Under the pieces are notes generated by a model. It did not search any database, had not been told where the DNA came from, and saw nothing but the letters and a program-made list of their open reading frames with translations. Positions 62,101-64,000 of a DNA stretch of 64,000 nt are shown here, piece by piece. Made by a program: the position numbers and the translations under genes. Positions within the stretch are counted from its first letter, which is position 1; each line of letters begins with the position of its first letter. This stretch comes from Azolla caroliniana (Eukaryota; Plantae; Polypodiophyta), in NCBI GenBank assembly GCA_043228905.1, contig JBHGNT010000001.1, positions 9,176,001 to 9,240,000 of the forward strand, in the 5' to 3' direction.

Positions 62101-63804
62101 CACCACCATAGTCTCATCATGAACAACAAGAATAAAAAAGTATGATCCTAAACAGAGCATTCTAAAATAAGATAATATTTATGAATTTTACATTGCAGAT
62201 TTTTCATTGGTAAGACTTTTCTATCGGCATTCTTACCTAGGCTTTTATTATTTATTTATTGTATTCTTTAGATTAGCTGCCATCATGATATTTTGGTATA
62301 TGGTACATATTTTGATGAATCTATTCTTTCCCTACAAATCTACACATATCATGCATAGTGACCATGCGGTGAGATAGCTTTTTATCCTAATTCAAGTAAT
62401 TCTTGAGTAATGAGTGCAACGGCAAGAGTCCAATTGTATTTTATTCGTATTTATATATGGGCTACACAGTAGTTGCCATTCATTCTGTATTTCTGATGTA
62501 CAATAATGATATATGATTAGAGAGAAAAACTTTGAATACAACAAGTAATACACAATCCTCGTAAATGAGTTTATCCATCACTTTCTAGCATCTTCTGTTG
62601 AGCAACTAAGAAGCCACAATATATTGCTTCAGGTAACATACACAAGTAAATACTTAGGAATCAGAACCCTAAACCTATCACTCATACAATCCTCATGAAT
62701 GCGTTTATCCATCACTTTCTAACATTCTCTCTTAGGGGACTTACAAGCTACAACATATTGCTTCAGGTAACATACATAAATAAATACTTAGGAATCAGAA
62801 AGTTAAATCCTATCATTCATACAGTCCTCGTGAATGAGTTTATCCATAACTTTCTAGCACCGTCTCTTAGGTGACTAACACACTACAACATATTGCTTAA
62901 GGTAACATACACAAATAAATACTTACTTAGGAATCAGGATGCTAAACCTATCACACATACAATCCTCGTCGATGAATTTATCCATCACTCTATAGCACCC
63001 TCTCTTAGGTGACTAACAAGAGACAATATATTGCTTCAAGGTACCATACACAAATAAATACTTACTTAGGAATCAGAATGCTAAACCTGTTACTCATACA
63101 ATCCTCGTTAATAAATTTATCCATCACTTTCTAGTATCCTCTCTTCAGTGACTTATATCACAAGTAAATACTTAGGAATCAGAATGCTAAACATATTACT
63201 CATACGCTCTCAGAAAGAGAGCCTCTTTTAGCCACGTACAACATGACAACAAAGCAATTTTTTTTGAAAATCTCTATCTTTTTCCTAGCTGGAAGCTTTC
63301 AGGGTGCTTTCACTTTATTTGGATTTTGTCAATGCATATGTTTATAAAAGTGGGAGAAGGTAAATGCGCAAACCTTCATTGTGAAAGTTCTCCTATAACA
63401 ATTTGATTCTATGTTGATAAATAAAATCCTTCTGTGTTGCGCGTATGTATGGAAGTTCTATAAAGAGTTATTGAAGATCAAATAATCCCTTGTTTCAGCA
63501 TGACCATAAACAAAAATAGTTCCATGAAACTGACCTTTGAGGAGAATTTTTAACGTCTTCAAGCCCACAGTGATGCCATGAATACAATGGTTGAGAAAAG
63601 TAACAGAAGTGATAGTTACTTCTACCCCTCCATATCTCCCTGCCAAACCTGGTGCTTCAGAGCCCTCCTCTTGGCATAACCCATATAGCTTTTCTAAAGA
63701 TGCAGTGGACTGATCTTTCGTCATAGCACATTCCAACTCCTTGATTGCCTTGACAATGGGATGGCTACCAATATCCTCACTTCTGGTTCCATTTGTAATG
63801 ATGC
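59144..63804 (-). CDS. ARMC6: Armadillo repeat-containing protein 6 homologue (5'-partial; first exon beyond the window)
   Basis: Exons 63804-63535, 61877-61588, 61139-61011, 60902-60780, 60601-60494, 60008-59830, 59267-59144; all GT-AG with consistent phases. Peptides: LVTADDNR..AFPNAR, LAVNDAICK, QLAGSDDNK, LSLRSPVN, MQRQACKMLRNLAVR, AAAALRDLG. Confidence 0.88.
62548..63210. repeat. Intronic tandem repeat, ~135-bp unit, ~5 copies
   Basis: TTTATCCAT anchors at 62570, 62704, 62839, 62977 and 63116; AAATACTTAGGAATCAG recurs through the array. Confidence 0.9.
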
Positions 63805-64000
63805 CTGAAGTCACAAGAAAAATTTTGGTAAGAAGCGAAAATTTTGGTAAGAAGCGAAAGAATGATCACAAAAGCTAACAAAAAAACATGGAGAGGAACA
63901 AATGAGCAGAGAAATATAAAAATGAGGTTTGAATATTTCTGATGTTTGAGAACTTCATGAAATTTTCAAGATATTTGATTTGTAGAATAAGAGCTTACAT

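Overview
Nuclear DNA of a land plant, probably a non-seed plant such as a fern (inferred from the Phygy/Selgy-like and Tcn1-like gypsy elements; not provable here). The left half (1-32.3 kb) is almost all LTR retrotransposon. It starts with a degenerate Tork/Tnt1-like copia with an internal inversion. A 23.7-kb three-tier nest follows: a fungal-type gypsy (8593-32269, 4-bp TSD) hosts an intact, very young copia (12041-17387), a copia solo LTR (20089-20778) and a gag-only, tRNA-Trp-primed non-autonomous gypsy (21138-31811). That last element in turn hosts a MITE and a second young copia (23404-28817) with one nonsense codon. The right half holds three spliced host genes with GT-AG exon chains whose phases I checked by hand: an SFT2/Got1 vesicle-transport gene (+), a 10-exon gene fusing a DCD domain to a TRF4/PAPD5-type terminal nucleotidyltransferase (+), and ARMC6 (-, first exon outside the window). 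Copia, gypsy and L1 remnants and tandem repeats lie between them. The most interesting item is the DCD-TRF4 fusion, a candidate modified-base reader coupled to an RNA-tailing enzyme. Family assignments come from motif recognition, not database searches.
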